NCBI GenBank assembly: GCA_951406725.2
Contig: OX597816.1
Coordinates: 141,670,001 to 141,734,000, forward strand
Length of the DNA: 64,000 nucleotides
From: Octopus vulgaris
Lineage: Eukaryota
Reading direction: 5' to 3'
Shown here: positions 1-13,196 of the stretch, in pieces
Position numbering within the stretch: position 1 is the first letter of the stretch
How the letters are laid out: each line of letters opens with the position of its first letter
Made by a program: the position numbers and the translations under genes
The notes under the pieces: generated by a model
Database searches by the model: none
Told to the model about the DNA's origin: nothing
What the model saw: the letters and a program-made list of their open reading frames with translations, nothing else

Positions 1-914
1 AATAAGCATGAAGTGACAGTGAAATATAGTAATTCAATGATCAAAGAACTAAATTAATAGGACAGAAATAATAGGACATGAATTCAATTCCTGCTATAGG
101 CACTACATTGTACTTGTAGACAAGGCAGATCAGTGTACATAACATTACATATCTCGAGGCAAAATTCCTATACTGTCTCAAATTTCTCTATTTTATTTTT
201 TATTGAGAAGTTCTTAGATTTTTCTTTTTTCTTGTTTTTCTTCTTTTTTTCTGACTTCCAACAGTAAAACAGAATGTAATATCTTACACACTTGCTTTTC
301 CTCTCAGATATCATGATGGATAGAACTTTTTGGCTAGAACTAACTCTCAGAAGTCTCAGCTCTTCTTGACTAAACTGAAACAATGAGCATCACTTACAGA
401 AACAGCTATTTATCTTGTTTACAAAGCCTCCAATATCATCAATCTTTGTACTTTCATACATCATGAATCAGTAACTTTTCTCTTGTCTCTTCTATTGTTT
501 GTGTAAGAGGTGAGTGTTTCTGAACATGCAAAGTTTATTCCATCTCCAGTCAAAACTCATAAAAAAGGCCTCTATAGGATTGTTCAACATGCTAAAAATA
601 GCAGCCGATCCAATTTCCCTCATATCACAACTTACCATCTTATACAATGATGCAATAAATAATGACACATTAATCATAATTAAATAATGTGCTGCATTTC
701 CCAAGACAGACAGGATTGTTTTAGCTGGAATATCTTTGATCATAAGCCTGTTTAATCAAGGCAGATTTGGGCCTGAACAACAACAACAACAAATACTACA
801 ACTGTTGCTGCTGCTTCTGCCACAGTCTTTACCACAATCACTACCACCACTTATAGAATAAATTTTAGAGGATTAACTTACTGGATCAATTTCTTACCAA
901 TCACATAATGCCTA

Positions 915-1150
915 ACTTTAAATGTGTAACTTTTAAAATATTTAACTGTTTAAATATTTAGCTATTTAAATATCTAACTTTGAATGTTGATCAACTTAAA
1001 TGTCTAACAGTTCAAATGTTTAACTATTCAAAATTTGAACAGTTTAAACATGTAATTGTTTAAATGTGTAACTATCTAAATGTTTACCAGCTCAAATGTT
1101 TACCAGTTGAAATACATAAGTTTAAATATCCAATACGTTAAATGTCTAAA
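915..1150. repeat. Diverged 16-bp minisatellite (consensus ~TTTAACWGTTYAAATG)
   Basis: Units such as tttaactgtttaaata, tttagctatttaaata, tctaacagttcaaatg, tttaccagctcaaatg recur at 16-bp spacing. Confidence 0.7.
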
Positions 1151-1369
1151 TTACTAAGAGCAATTGAAGAAGAGTTCAATAAGTTTAATTGCTATGATGA
1201 GGGAAGCATCTTCTGTAATCTCTTTTATGAATTAATTGTTGCTAACCATAAATGGTCACCAGTTTCTTAGGACTTGGGGATTTTACCCACTTTAAATCTC
1301 TGACTGTTTATATTTTTCTAACACTTTAATTACTAAGCTGTCTAACAATAAGACTGTTTAACTGCTTAA

Positions 1370-1587
1370 CCCTTTAGTATTCAGATTACTCAGTCAAACA
1401 TAATGCTTATTTATTCATGTAGTTTTGAATTAGCTATGCATTATCTCATAGCTGTGAGATTTCTGTGAAGTGACTCTACTTTAGGAATGAAATTTTAGAT
1501 TAGATGTGAGAGGCTGGATCTGGCTGGTCTGAACATAAAGGAGGTAGAAGATTTAGGCCAGATATGGCTGATTTGAATGCTAAAAGA
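1370..1587 (+). mobile_element. Non-autonomous piggyBac-like MITE
   Basis: TTAA on both sides, CCCTTTAG terminus with degenerate inverted end. Homologous to 1608-1811 and 18805-19019. Confidence 0.75.
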
Positions 1588-1607
1588 TTAAATATATGAC
1601 AGTTTAA

Positions 1608-1811
1608 CCCTTTAGCATTTAAATAAGCTATATCCAGTCAAACCATTCTATTTGTTGTATGTTCAAACTGGCCAGATCTGGCCCCTTGCACCTACCCTAC
1701 AATATCATTCTAAAAATTAACAATTATCTCATAAAAATCTGAAAGCTATAAACGAAATTATGATTAATTCAAAACAATGTGAATAGATAAGTATCTAAGG
1801 ATGCTAAAGGG
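1608..1811 (-). mobile_element. piggyBac-like MITE, inverted relative to the neighbouring copy
   Basis: ttaa-CCCTTTAGCAT ... ATGCTAAAGGG-tcaa; the body is the reverse complement of the 1370 copy. Confidence 0.75.
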
Positions 1812-4800
1812 TCAAAAGTTTAACTGTCTAATTGTTTAAATTCTCATATTTCTGCCAAGGAATTATGTTTTAGAATACCACCCTTTTTATTTCTCTTTAC
1901 CTAGCAATAAACTGACGTTGTGAACATAACTGCACATTTTTTTTTGTGTACTTAATCAGGAGAGAAAGGAAGTTCCTATGACTTTTTATTGGTACAATGA
2001 GACTAGATGGAAGGAGAGAGAAAGGTATCCTCTTCAAATTGGAGACCTGATTTAATGCTTATTATAGGGGGGGCTCTGTTGTAGGAAGTTAAGGACCAGG
2101 TGGTTGTGGTAGTGGCAATGATGGCAATGGCAGTGTTAAACCAGGCCATGAATGAAGTCTACAACATAAACAGGTCTTAGCATGATCTGAACTCAGAATG
2201 CAGAGAACTGGAATAAATATTCCAAGGTGACTTGCTTAACATACTGGCAATTTCACAGGCCCATCACACTAGACTAGAACTTTTGGAAGGCTGAAGGGCA
2301 AAGTTGACTGAGATTTGAACTCAGAATGCCAGAAGCTGCAAAGCATTCTGAGTGCTCTAACAACTCTGTTAATTAGTACTAAAATTAATTGAATCTGTCT
2401 ACTTATCATTTGGGTGACAACAAACACATTGACAACCAAACATATAGGCAGATAAGTGGAATTAATCTCCACAAACCAGCTGGGATTACACCAGCATCAG
2501 CAAAACAACATTTGAAAAATCAATGAAGATATATTTTAGCCAGTTAAGGTTAAATCTGTTTTCTCAACTTCATGGTTGAATTGTTAAGTAATTAGTCAAA
2601 ATCAATTAGTTGAACAGCCCTCATTTATTTCAAACAGAAAAAAATATCATAAAATAAAAATTGTAAAAAAAATAATTAAATAGATAAAATGGAAGAGAGG
2701 AAATTAGCAGAAACATTTTAATATTTATCCTTGTTTTTACTTCATTTTCACTTGATTTGTATCAAAGTGTAGAATGAATGAGAGATTTCCAAAATTATTG
2801 AAGAATAATTTGAAGATAATAACAAAAAAATATTCTTGAAACCAGTTCTTTCATGAGAGATTATGCTCTGGGTTACAATAATGATTGACAAAAGAAATCA
2901 ATAACATTGAGAACATCCTGTCATTTCTCTTTCTTTCAGGAATGTTGTTTTCATATTTTTTTCCTTCTTCAGTAAACTAATGTCAGAATATACAAATTGA
3001 GTATCCTTCAACTTAACATCTAAAAACACTAAAAGAAGTTTTATAAAAATATTTCATTTTTTTCTCTCTCTATTTTTTTTCATTTATAGAACATCTGCTA
3101 ACTGCTTTGTTTGCAAGTGTTATTGAACAGAGATCATATATTTACTTAGATTGTAAGTGGAGTTATGCTAGATATATATCTATCAGTGAAGATATGACAC
3201 CAAGGAGAGGGGGAAAATACACAAAAACATTATAAAACCATTCTTAGTTTTCAGCAAATGGAAACTTGACTTGCACAGACAGCAATGATGGTGGGTGTAT
3301 ATAAGGTAATATGACTGAGTATATATTATCGTTTTATGTGTAAATGTGTGTGCCCACTTGTCTGTGAGAAGATTTTTGTTTTTGTTATCAGTAATATTTC
3401 ATATTCAATCAATACTTAATATGATCAGACTAGGCATTAATCTTGGCAGGAGATTAATCAGGTAGTGCTTCAGTATTCAGACATGGTAATCGAAAGACAC
3501 CAAATTGTCAGCTTTGTGCTGCCAAGCATTTAATGATGCAGAGACAAATATAAGGTAAAGAAAAATTATTTTCATAGATTTTAAAATGATAGTGATACTT
3601 ATTTGGTCTTTAATAAAATTCATATTGAAAGCCAAACAGCGTAATTCTTGAGGCAGTACCTAGAGACATATCATTCTTACATTAATGTTTAGAATATTTT
3701 GTGATGTACAGAAAAAAAAAAAACACTATACATTCTATCCAATGTCAGTTACTGAGAAATTTCTGGAAGCCATTATAGCTTCTTGCATTTGGTGGCAGTA
3801 ATAAGCAAGCCTGAAATGGCTTCTTTAAAGCATAGGCTAAGTGAATCTGTGCAGGGCTGGTTATATCAAGTAACCAGAACCTTGTATCAAACATGATGGC
3901 ATGAAGCAAAAGGAAGCAAGCTTCTAGCTTAACAAGACAGGTTACTTTAATAATGTCAGTAATGACATGAGAGTGACTGAGAATTACTACTTCAACAACT
4001 CATATCTGTGCAGCTAATGAAATGAAGCAATGATAGGTACCAGCTTATGGGATTAGCATTTCTTAAATGGAAACATACAGAAAAGATATGTCAGCTTATC
4101 ACATTCAATTGATGATATAAATATTTCCAGGGTTATTATTGATTTCTTACTTAAACACCAGGCCACAAATTTTATAAGGAGTGGGGAAGAATAACATTTA
4201 GCAATATTTAATGGCTTCTATCAGAAATAAAACTAGCTCATGCAGTCAGCTTACAATATGATAATAAAAATATGAAGACCAGAGAATGATTCAGTAGAAG
4301 AGTATCAGACATGTTGTTTCATGATCTCCCATATGAGTCTGGTGGTCTACCATAAACTGAACCAGTAATAATGGTTAGAATTAAGTTTGTTAAAACATTA
4401 GCTTCTAATAAAGCATACTAATTAGAAACTGTTAATTTCATTATTGAGTTGTTGGTTTTTAACTTCAGACATTCACAATATTTTTCTAAGCAGTGCAAGT
4501 TAGAAATAACATTGTTAATCCATAAATAGTATAAATCAATATTACTAATTGATGGATAATTCAATATCTAAGCCATCTGATAAATATAAGTTAGTGTTTG
4601 AACTACTGCTAATCATCTCTTGAAAATATTGGTTCCTTTCACAGATTAATCAATATTAAGCAATAATGAACATGCTTCGTACTTAGATGACTGACTATGT
4701 GGAAAACATATTTTGGTGTTATAAAAGAAAGATAGAGAAGCAAGAAATTTATAGAAATAGAAAGAAGATTAAAATAAAACTAAGATATAAGAAGAGAAAA

Positions 4801-5039
4801 ACATTAACAAAACACTAATGCACACACTTTATGAGTATCCTCAAACATTGTTTAATGATATAAGAAGAACAGATGAAGTTCTTTTCCAAGAAAGAAATTA
4901 CTATGAATGTGTATGTATAACTGTGAGGTACATATATACAAGTCTGCATATGAGATAGTCAATGTGTAAATGGATACGATATTAAGCTTAGACATGAGCT
5001 TTGAGCTCAAATCCAGCTTAGATTAATTTCTTTTAAAAT

Positions 5040-5490
5040 TCAGACTAAGAATGGAATGGAAAAGTTCAAGGAGCTATTTATTACTATACTTCTTGTAACA
5101 AAAGGTTTCTCTTAGAAAGTTAAACTCAGATTCTCATAATGTGTGAGTACAAAGTGTAATACTATATCTTAATGAGACACGGGCCTTGAATGTGGAAGAT
5201 TTACATGTTAATGGGTCTGAAAGACAGGACACAAATAAGAGAAAAGCTGAATATAAATGGAAACAGACATAGTATCTAAGAATGAAGGGTACACTATTAC
5301 AGGCATGTGATGTGAATGAAAGAAGTGTTAATCACTTGAAATGGATGAACTCTATGGAAGGGAAAACTTAGAGAGACATAAACAAAGTGAAGACTGATCT
5401 CAATATGTTACTCTTTAAGAAGGGATGACAAAGAACAGTGGTCACTGGTGATAAGCAGTGCCAGAAAAGGCTTATCCACTAATGCAGGAA
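5040..5490 (+). mobile_element. Degraded RTE LINE 3' fragment
   Basis: Broken translation follows WxKFKEL..LLVTKGFS.KVK, like the intact RTE ORF at 48512-49681. Confidence 0.65.
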
Positions 5491-5864
5491 TGATCATCTG
5501 AACAACTGTTGTGGCAATGGAAGTTGGTATGTATGATGGGGTTTATTGCCCATTATTGAGTCCCCATCTACTGATCTTTTAATACACTCTCGACTTGGTG
5601 AATTAGGTGGATAAGTAACCAAAATATTGCAAAACTTTTGACTTGGCACTCCCATCCCAGTTTTGCAATATTTTGGTTACTTATCCACCTAATTCACCAA
5701 GTTACAACAATAGCAGCCAAGTAGAGGCCATTATGTTGCAACATCTGATGCCACCTTTCTGTCAGTTCTTTGATCCTACACTGATACCAGTTCTTGTCTT
5801 TTGAGGTGAAGATTTCCTTCATTGAAGCTTCCACCAGGAAGTGAGCCATGCATCAAAACAAGTA

Positions 5865-5918
<54 letters not shown>

Positions 5919-6076
5919 GACAGGCTTCTTTCAGTTTCTGTTGACCAAATCCACTAGTTTTTGATCAACCTGAGGATATACAGCAGAAGACAATTGCCCA
6001 AGGAGCCACAGAATGGGACTGAACCTGGAACCATGTGGTTGGAAATCAAACTTCTTATCACACAGCCATGCCTGTG

Positions 6077-6120
<44 letters not shown>

Positions 6121-6843
6121 TGAGAGAGAGAGAGAGGGAGAGAGAAAGGTGAGAGCAAGAGAGTAATGAACATAAAAACAAAAGTAACAAGATATGATTT
6201 ACAATCAATGTTATTAGTTAGGGCTGATTTATGACTAAACAACATCTGTGTTTGGTCTAGCAGAGGTCACTGATAGAGGTTGTCCTTAGATAACTTGCTT
6301 TTTGTCTGTATACCTCTTTCACTTATAACTGCCATTGATTCTAATGAGTTATCAAGCACACGAAACTCAACCAACTAATTGCTTCAGACAGGTGAGATAT
6401 TTCACTTGCAATATTATCTTTATGTTCTGGTGTTAAAGAATTATTTGAAAGGAAACTAACATATTATTTTGATAAAAATAGCAAAAGTGAATTCAAAGAC
6501 CCAGTATCTCTAATCTTTTAAAAGGATCATCATAGGTCATTGAGGAAGTCTCAATAATTTGCCTGCCCAGAGCATTTTCATAAGTTTCTTTTAACCATAT
6601 GTACTTGTTTTCAGACTGTTATAATATTTTGATCATTGTCCTTCTTCAGATAGTGAAAAATAGAGATGAACCGGGGAAAAGGCAGGAATAAAGAAAAAAA
6701 AAAGAGAAAGAAAGGCAATCCTATTGAGACAAGTCACATGGCGTTGGTTTGCATGTTAAGCTGCATTTATTAAATTATTTCATAGTAGTTAGAAGACAAA
6801 AGATCTGGCATTCAATTCTCAAGATCAACTTTACAGAACTTAC

Positions 6844-6934
6844 CTTTGAGGCAATCCAGTCTCTTCCATAGAAATAAGCATTTGCTACCATACTATCCAT
6901 GGCTTTTTGCATAGCATTGCCATTGGGAAGCCAT
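6844..6934 (-). CDS. TMEM245: TMEM245 internal coding exon (gene continues beyond position 1)
   Basis: cactctag/gtaagt, 91 nt, phase 2/0. WLPNGNAMQKAMDSMVANAYFYGRDWIASK resembles [30 protein letters not shown]. Confidence 0.94.
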
Positions 6935-7759
6935 CTAGAGTGAGAAAAATTGATTTGTTTAAGAGAAGTAAAGTTGATAGTCAAAGGGGCTAAATAGATG
7001 CTAGAATAAATCATTGAAATATAGTATCCTATACTTTGATTGACTGAATGAAATAAGATGATTTCAGGGGGAAAAAATGATTAATTTTATATTAGAGACG
7101 GCTGCTCAGTGATGAAGAACTTTTATAAATAGGCATTCTTAACAAAAATTTTAATCAGCAGAAACAAAATTGATGGAAAAGATCTTAGTTAATCATAGCA
7201 TAGTTTTGTAATTCCTATTTTGGTGGTTTTTATTTTTCTCAGGTCAAAGCCACATAATAATTAATTAACTTGACGGTTATCTTCTACACATATATCATCA
7301 TTATCATCATTGTTTAACATTCGCCTTCCATGCTGGCATGGGTGAGATTATATATATATATATATATATACAGAAAAGTTGATTACATTAAAAATTCATT
7401 ACAATTCATCATCATCATCAATTTAATGTCCACTTTTCTGTGCTTGCATGGATAAGATGAAGTTTATATAGAACAAGATGGCATTCCTACTGCCAACCCT
7501 CAAGATCATAATTCCTTATGACCAGATATGTTTTTGCAGATGATTGGAAATGAATGACACAGTTAGCTTGTATGACAGTGATGCTCATATACAACTATCA
7601 TATGATGTCAAGAGAAGACACAAATATACACATGCTCACACACACACACACACACACACACATTCTCCCCTTTCTGTACTGATATTTCCTATCAACTGCA
7701 CCTCTGTCCTTGGTCATCATAGACTATAGTCACCTCTATCCTACCTCTAACCATCCATT

Positions 7760-8000
7760 TGTGGAAGGTGTGGCTTAGTGGTTAGGGTGTTGGACTCATG
7801 ATTGTAAGATTGTGGTTTCGATTCCTTGATCGAGCAATGTGTTGGGTTATTGAGCAAAACACTTCATTTCATGTTGCTCCAGTCCAAATGAGTAATCCTG
7901 TGATGGACCGGCATCCTGTCTAGGTTTATACCCCATGAAACCAGGAAAGTGGCCCTTGTGGGTCTACATGATTCAAGAAGTTAACTTTACCTTTACCTTT
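7760..8000 (+). mobile_element. tRNA-derived SINE, family D (also ~32315-32540 and ~38295-38540)
   Basis: Box A tggcttagtgg, box B ggtttcgattcc, shared body (gagcaaaacacttcatttca) and tail (cctgtgatggac...gaaac), ending in (TTTACC)n. Confidence 0.7.
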
Positions 8001-8647
8001 ATTACTCTCCACAATCTTACAATCATTAATCCAACACCCTAACCACTAAGCCATACACTTCCACAAGGATGGGTAACATTGCCTTTACCTTTATTGCTCT
8101 CTCTTCATCTACTGTTTATATACATTCCTTTATGTCCATCTTCTTGTACCTCAAGATGCCCTGGCATCACAACACCACCATCTCTATCTATCTTCTTTCC
8201 AGCTACTCCCTCACTTAGGGTAGCCTTGAATCTTCTCTATAGCAAAACATCTAGGCTTGTCCCTCTATCACACTTTAGCCTCTCAACACCTGGCATAGAA
8301 CAATTGCTCCTCCTTTCCTTCTCAAATACTCCTTGTATTAGTTAAGGAGGTTTTTTCCCCCTTTCTTCTGTTGTCTTCTTGTCTTGCAAGTTACTTGGCA
8401 ACCTCAATAGTGCAGGTGGCATGAAAAAAAAAAAGGTATCAAGTGCATTCTGTAAAGTGGAGGCATTATGAAGGGCATCCAGGAGTAGAAACCATGTCAG
8501 AGCTGACATCACATCCTGCACATCACAGTCCTGCAGCTTGGTGGATCTTGTCAAACTATGTCAGCTTGGAAAATGGACTATTGATAATGATGACGATGAT
8601 GATGATGATGCTGATGATGATGACAATGACGATGACAACGACAATGG

Positions 8648-8698
<51 letters not shown>

Positions 8699-8719
8699 TT
8701 ATATATATATCTTTATCTT

Positions 8720-9105
8720 TTATCTTTTACTTGTTTCAGTTATTAGACAGCAGCCATGAAGAATTATAGTTGAACAAATCAACCCTGATACTTATTTTTC
8801 TTAAGTCTGGTGCTTACTCTATCATTCTCTTTTGCCAAGCTGCTAAGTTACAGGGACATAAAGACACCAACACCAGTTGTCAAGTGGTAGTGGGGGGAAC
8901 ACACACAAAGACACACACAGGCACACACATACACATATATATGATAGTCTTCTTTCAGTTTCCATCTACTGAATCCATTTACAAGGCTTTGGTTGGCCCA
9001 GGGCTATAGTAGAATTCACTTGTCCAACATACTATGAAGTGAGATTGAATCCAAAATCTCATGGCTGGGAAGAAAACTTCTTAATCACACAGCCACCCCT
9101 GTACC
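8720..9105 (-). mobile_element. tRNA-derived SINE, family A
   Basis: Homologous to the reference copy at 56671-57062. Confidence 0.75.
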
Positions 9106-9169
9106 TACATTACAATCTCACTTACATGTGTTTTCAGTGGAAAGAGTTTACAATAAAAGGGTAAGGGAT

Positions 9170-9490
9170 GAAGACCCACTTCAGTCATGAATGACCATGA
9201 GATTGCACCTAGAAAGTTACTGTCTGGTCAGTGTTGTTTATGAAAGACCAGCAGTCGTCCATGCTTACCAGCCTCCTCTCTCCACACCACCAATGTTATC
9301 CAAGGGAAAGGCAAAGGCTGATACAGCTTGGCACTAATGATGTCACAACCCATTTCTACAGCTGAGTGAACTGGAGCAATGTGAAATAAAGTGTCTTGCT
9401 CAAGAACACAGCACAGTCCAGTCAAAGAATCCAATTCACTATCTCATGATTGTGAGCCTGATGCTCTAATGAATGAGCCATGCATCTTCG
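9170..9490 (-). mobile_element. tRNA-derived SINE, family C (also 15770-16080 -, 30991-31320 +, 45908-46202 +)
   Basis: Shared tRNA-like head, cttgagcaagacactttatttcac body and ggtcattcatgactgaa tail in four copies. Confidence 0.8.
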
Positions 9491-9574
9491 TGGGTAGATC
9501 AGCAGGGTCTGTAAAGTTGTGGGTAAAATTCCTTGCAGTATTTAGTTAGGACTCTGAGGGAAGCCGAAAAAGAG

Positions 9575-9935
9575 GGAGACCCATGAAAACATGAGATGAG
9601 GTACTGAAGGCCGATCTCAAAATGCAGAACCTTATGAAGGCGATTACAGAGGACTGGGATATATGGAGCATTTATGTACATGAGAATACCTACCCACCAC
9701 AAGAGAATTGAGATCCTAAAACCAAGGTGCCTTGTAAAAAGCATTGGTGTGGGTGCTGGTGCCATGAAAAAGACACTCAGTATATTCTGTAAAGTGGTTG
9801 GTGTTAGGAAAGGCATCCAGCCATTGAAACTAAGCCAAAACAGACTCTGGAACCTGGAGCAGCTCCTAGCCTTACCAGTACCTGCCAAGCTGTCCAGCTC
9901 ATGCCAGCATGGAAAATGGATGGTAAATGTTGATA

Positions 9936-9970
<35 letters not shown>
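9575..9970 (+). mobile_element. RTE LINE 3' end with (GAT)n tail
   Basis: GRPMKT*DEVLKADLK matches the RTE C-terminus GRPRKTWDEVVKHDLR. It is followed by the gtggttggtgttaggaagggcatccag...gcatggaaa tail and (GAT)n. Confidence 0.75.
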
Positions 9971-9971
<1 letters not shown>

Positions 9972-10769
9972 TCCTATGTTCAAATCATTTCAGCTCTTCA
10001 GAGTTAATAAAATATGAGATAATCAATTACTAGGACCTAATTAAATTGACAAAATCCTTCCCTTCCTTACAGGATTAGCGACCTTGTTATGTTAGAAATC
10101 ATTTTCATTACTAGGGTGGAGAACTGGTCAAACAGGTAGAGTGGCTGACGGCATTTTTTTTTAGTATTTACCAGGTTCCACTTACGTTCTGAGTTCAAAT
10201 CTTGCTGAGATAAACTGTATACCTCCCAACAAACTGTAACCCTATATTTAGAAACAAATATTTCCTTAATAATGGAATAAAAGCCAAAGATCCTATAAGT
10301 GAGGTTGTCTGTATTACAATCCATTACGAAAATTCATGTCTTCTATGTAGCAAAATACTTGATTTTAGTTATTTTCCAAAATGTTTGACTTGGCTAGACA
10401 TTTATTTACTTATTAGATTGAGAGAAGACATTTTATCAACAAGTTTCATTCCAAGGTAACAGGATAATTGAATGTATTTGATATTTTAATCATATAAACC
10501 TACTATGTTGCTATTAAATGAAGAAGATAACAGAAAACAATTTTCCATATTATCAGCTGAAATTCCATTATATATATATGTGTGTTCATGGCTGTGTGGT
10601 AAAGAAGATTGATTTGCAACCATGTGGTTTTGGGTTTATTCTAACTGCATGGCACATGCATGGTTCTTTCTCAATTGGCAAGAAATCTTGAAATAAAATT
10701 GAATAATGACATACATACATATGCATGCATGTGTGTGTGTGTGTTTGAGTGTGTGACTGGAGGTGGAGA

Positions 10770-11095
10770 CTGTCCTCCCAACCAGTATACTGCTGTAGAT
10801 GCCGTTGGATGACAGGCTCTGGTGATGATGTTGTTCAAGGGTTTGCAATCCATGGCACTGACCTTAGCATGGTTGGTTGAGGTGCCACAACTTCAGGTCT
10901 TCAATTTATTTTGCCAATGGTTTCTTTGATGTGCTGTGCTTGATTCTCCTGTGCATACACTGTTGCCACTACAAAAGTTGATGTGGTAGCCTTTTGGTGC
11001 TCATCCTGCAGACGTAGCCAAACCACTGCAGCATTTCACTATTGGACTTGATCTTCAATGGTTGGCTATTGCTGGCATTGTTCTCAGATGTTGTT
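10770..11095 (-). mobile_element. Degraded RTE-like LINE 3' fragment
   Basis: Minus-strand translation LQWFGYVCRMSTKRLPHQLL fits the RTE RWxGHVxRM..RLP motif. Confidence 0.65.
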
Positions 11096-11199
11096 GTTTG
11101 AGGTCAAACCCACCATAAAACAGGACCTGAACTTGCAACTATGCAGGCACCTAAGACAATTAGTGAAGCCACGATATATATATTTTTGTTGTTGTTTGT

Positions 11200-11495
11200 T
11201 CCTTCTCAAGCCACGCCTGGCTCATAAGGGCTGGTTTCTCGGTTTCCTTGGCATATAGGTTCCCCACCTGGATGGGACACCGGTCCATCGTAGGTGAGCT
11301 GCAAGATGCAGGAGGAAAGAGTGAAAGAAAGTTGTGGAGAAAGAGTCAGCAGAAGTTCGCCATTACCTTCTGCCAGAGTCACATGGATCTTAGGTGTTTC
11401 ACTCATAAACACACACATCTCCTGGTCTGAGATTTGAACCTGCGATCCCTCGACCACAAGTCTGCTGCTCTAACCACAAGGCCGTGTGTCTCCAC
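11200..11495 (-). mobile_element. tRNA-derived SINE, family E
   Basis: tRNA-like head (gtggttagagcagcagacttgtggtcgagggatcgcaggttcaaatc); head and body shared with 53850-54162. Confidence 0.7.
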
Positions 11496-11734
11496 ATGAT
11501 ACATATTACAAAGTCATATTTACTATGAGTGATGTTTATGCTATGAATATTTGCTCACTAAACTACCTGTGCATTATATATATATATTACAGGTACATGT
11601 TCAGTGGATAAGTATGATAGTACATTTTGGTTGCAAACAAAAGTTCAAATGCAATCTAGGATAGATATACATCTTTGGGAATAAGACACTTATTGAGGAT
11701 CGGAAATTAAATCAGCTGAGACATACTGAGAGTA

Positions 11735-11791
<57 letters not shown>

Positions 11792-12087
11792 GCTAAAGAC
11801 AAGTTTAATAATCTGAAAGATTGTCATTTGAATAACAATAACTCCTATCGGGATATTATACATCCAAGGAAATATCTACCACACTAGAATATTCTCAGAA
11901 CTGATTTATCTATTTATAAACTTTTTTCTCTTGTTGTATTGACCTGAAGAAGCTAACAATAAAAAAAATTTTATTGTTACTTTTATAGAATGGTAGTATT
12001 AAATTCATTTCTCTCTGTTGCAATATGAGATGAAATTGAAAACGTTATAAAAAAAAAGAGAAAAAGAAAAGAAAGATGACAACTTAC

Positions 12088-12164
12088 TGGCTAATCTCAG
12101 GGTTGACAGATTTATTCAAAACATTGCTAGTAACTTGTACAAGGTGCATACTTTCTTGGTGTAC
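12088..12164 (-). CDS. TMEM245: TMEM245 internal coding exon
   Basis: ttgtag/gtaagt, 77 nt, phase 0/2. VHQESMHLVQVTSNVLNKSVNPEIS resembles [20 protein letters not shown]. Confidence 0.94.
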
Positions 12165-12285
12165 CTACAATGTCAGAATATTGGAGATGTGAAGATACAA
12201 TTATTTTATCAACAAGAAAATCAACAACAACAAAAAGAAATATTATTTATTGCTTTTTTTCTCTTTATCAGAGATGTTGTATAAT

Positions 12286-12344
<59 letters not shown>

Positions 12345-13091
12345 TAAATGCATAAATAAATAAATAATAAATTGTTAAAAAAAATCTTCAAAGCCACCAT
12401 AAAATTTCCATGCAGTGATAATAGAGAATGCATGTGGGTGATCTTGTATTCTAGTGTTTGATCAGTTTCCCTATTCTTTCAGACATTTTATATCATAAAA
12501 ATCAATCTATGATACTTTCAGATCTGGAATATTTCTTAGCCACAGTTCAAGAATGCTTGCCTTTAAATGTCCCCTGAGGGGAACATTGCATGTCAAATCA
12601 AGACTTAGAGGTTTCGATGTCACATGAAATTTACATCTATTTCCTCACACATTAAATGTTTCATTGACATGTTATCAAATACAAAGAATATAGAGGAAAC
12701 TTACAAAGAGGTATTGTGGTTAATCTAATAACTATAATATATTCCCAGATTGGAATCAAGTCAATATCAATGCATGAGATGTTTTACTATAAAAATACAG
12801 GTGCAGAGAAAATTATCAATCATTTTTTCAAAGTCGTTTGAGCTGCTTGGTTCAATAATTTGAGAATGCATTAGTTACAGTTTTACAGTTCATATTCTAA
12901 AGAGGAATAAAAAAGAAAGAGAGAGATTTGCTGAGCAGGGTGTACATTTAGTATTATCATTTACTATTTATTTCTCTGTAAGACTACATGAATTAATTTC
13001 ACTAATTCAGAGGATGAAAGTAAATGAATTATAGAATTAATGAACAGTGAAAATTTTAAATATAAGAAAGAAAAATGTAATCAGAACTTAC

Positions 13092-13196
13092 TTGAAATAC
13101 AAAGAATACAGTAAACAAGGCTGTTCCGAATAGTAGGATAAAAATGAACAAAACACTGGTGGCACTATCCAAGGATTGTTCAAGAATGGAGATCAA
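13092..13196 (-). CDS. TMEM245: TMEM245 internal coding exon (TM helix)
   Basis: cttctag/gtaagt, 105 nt, phase 0/0. LISILEQSLDSATSVLFIFILLFGTALFTVFFVFQ resembles [35 protein letters not shown]. Absent from the ORF track. Confidence 0.92.

Noticed and set aside
398-465. Possible next TMEM245 exon (DDIGGFVNKINSCF followed by gtaagt)
   Set aside because: In-frame stop just upstream, no convincing acceptor and only weak similarity.
11940-11990. Hammerhead candidate (gacCTGAAGA plus hairpin)
   Set aside because: No correctly placed GAAA, stem III or stem I partner.
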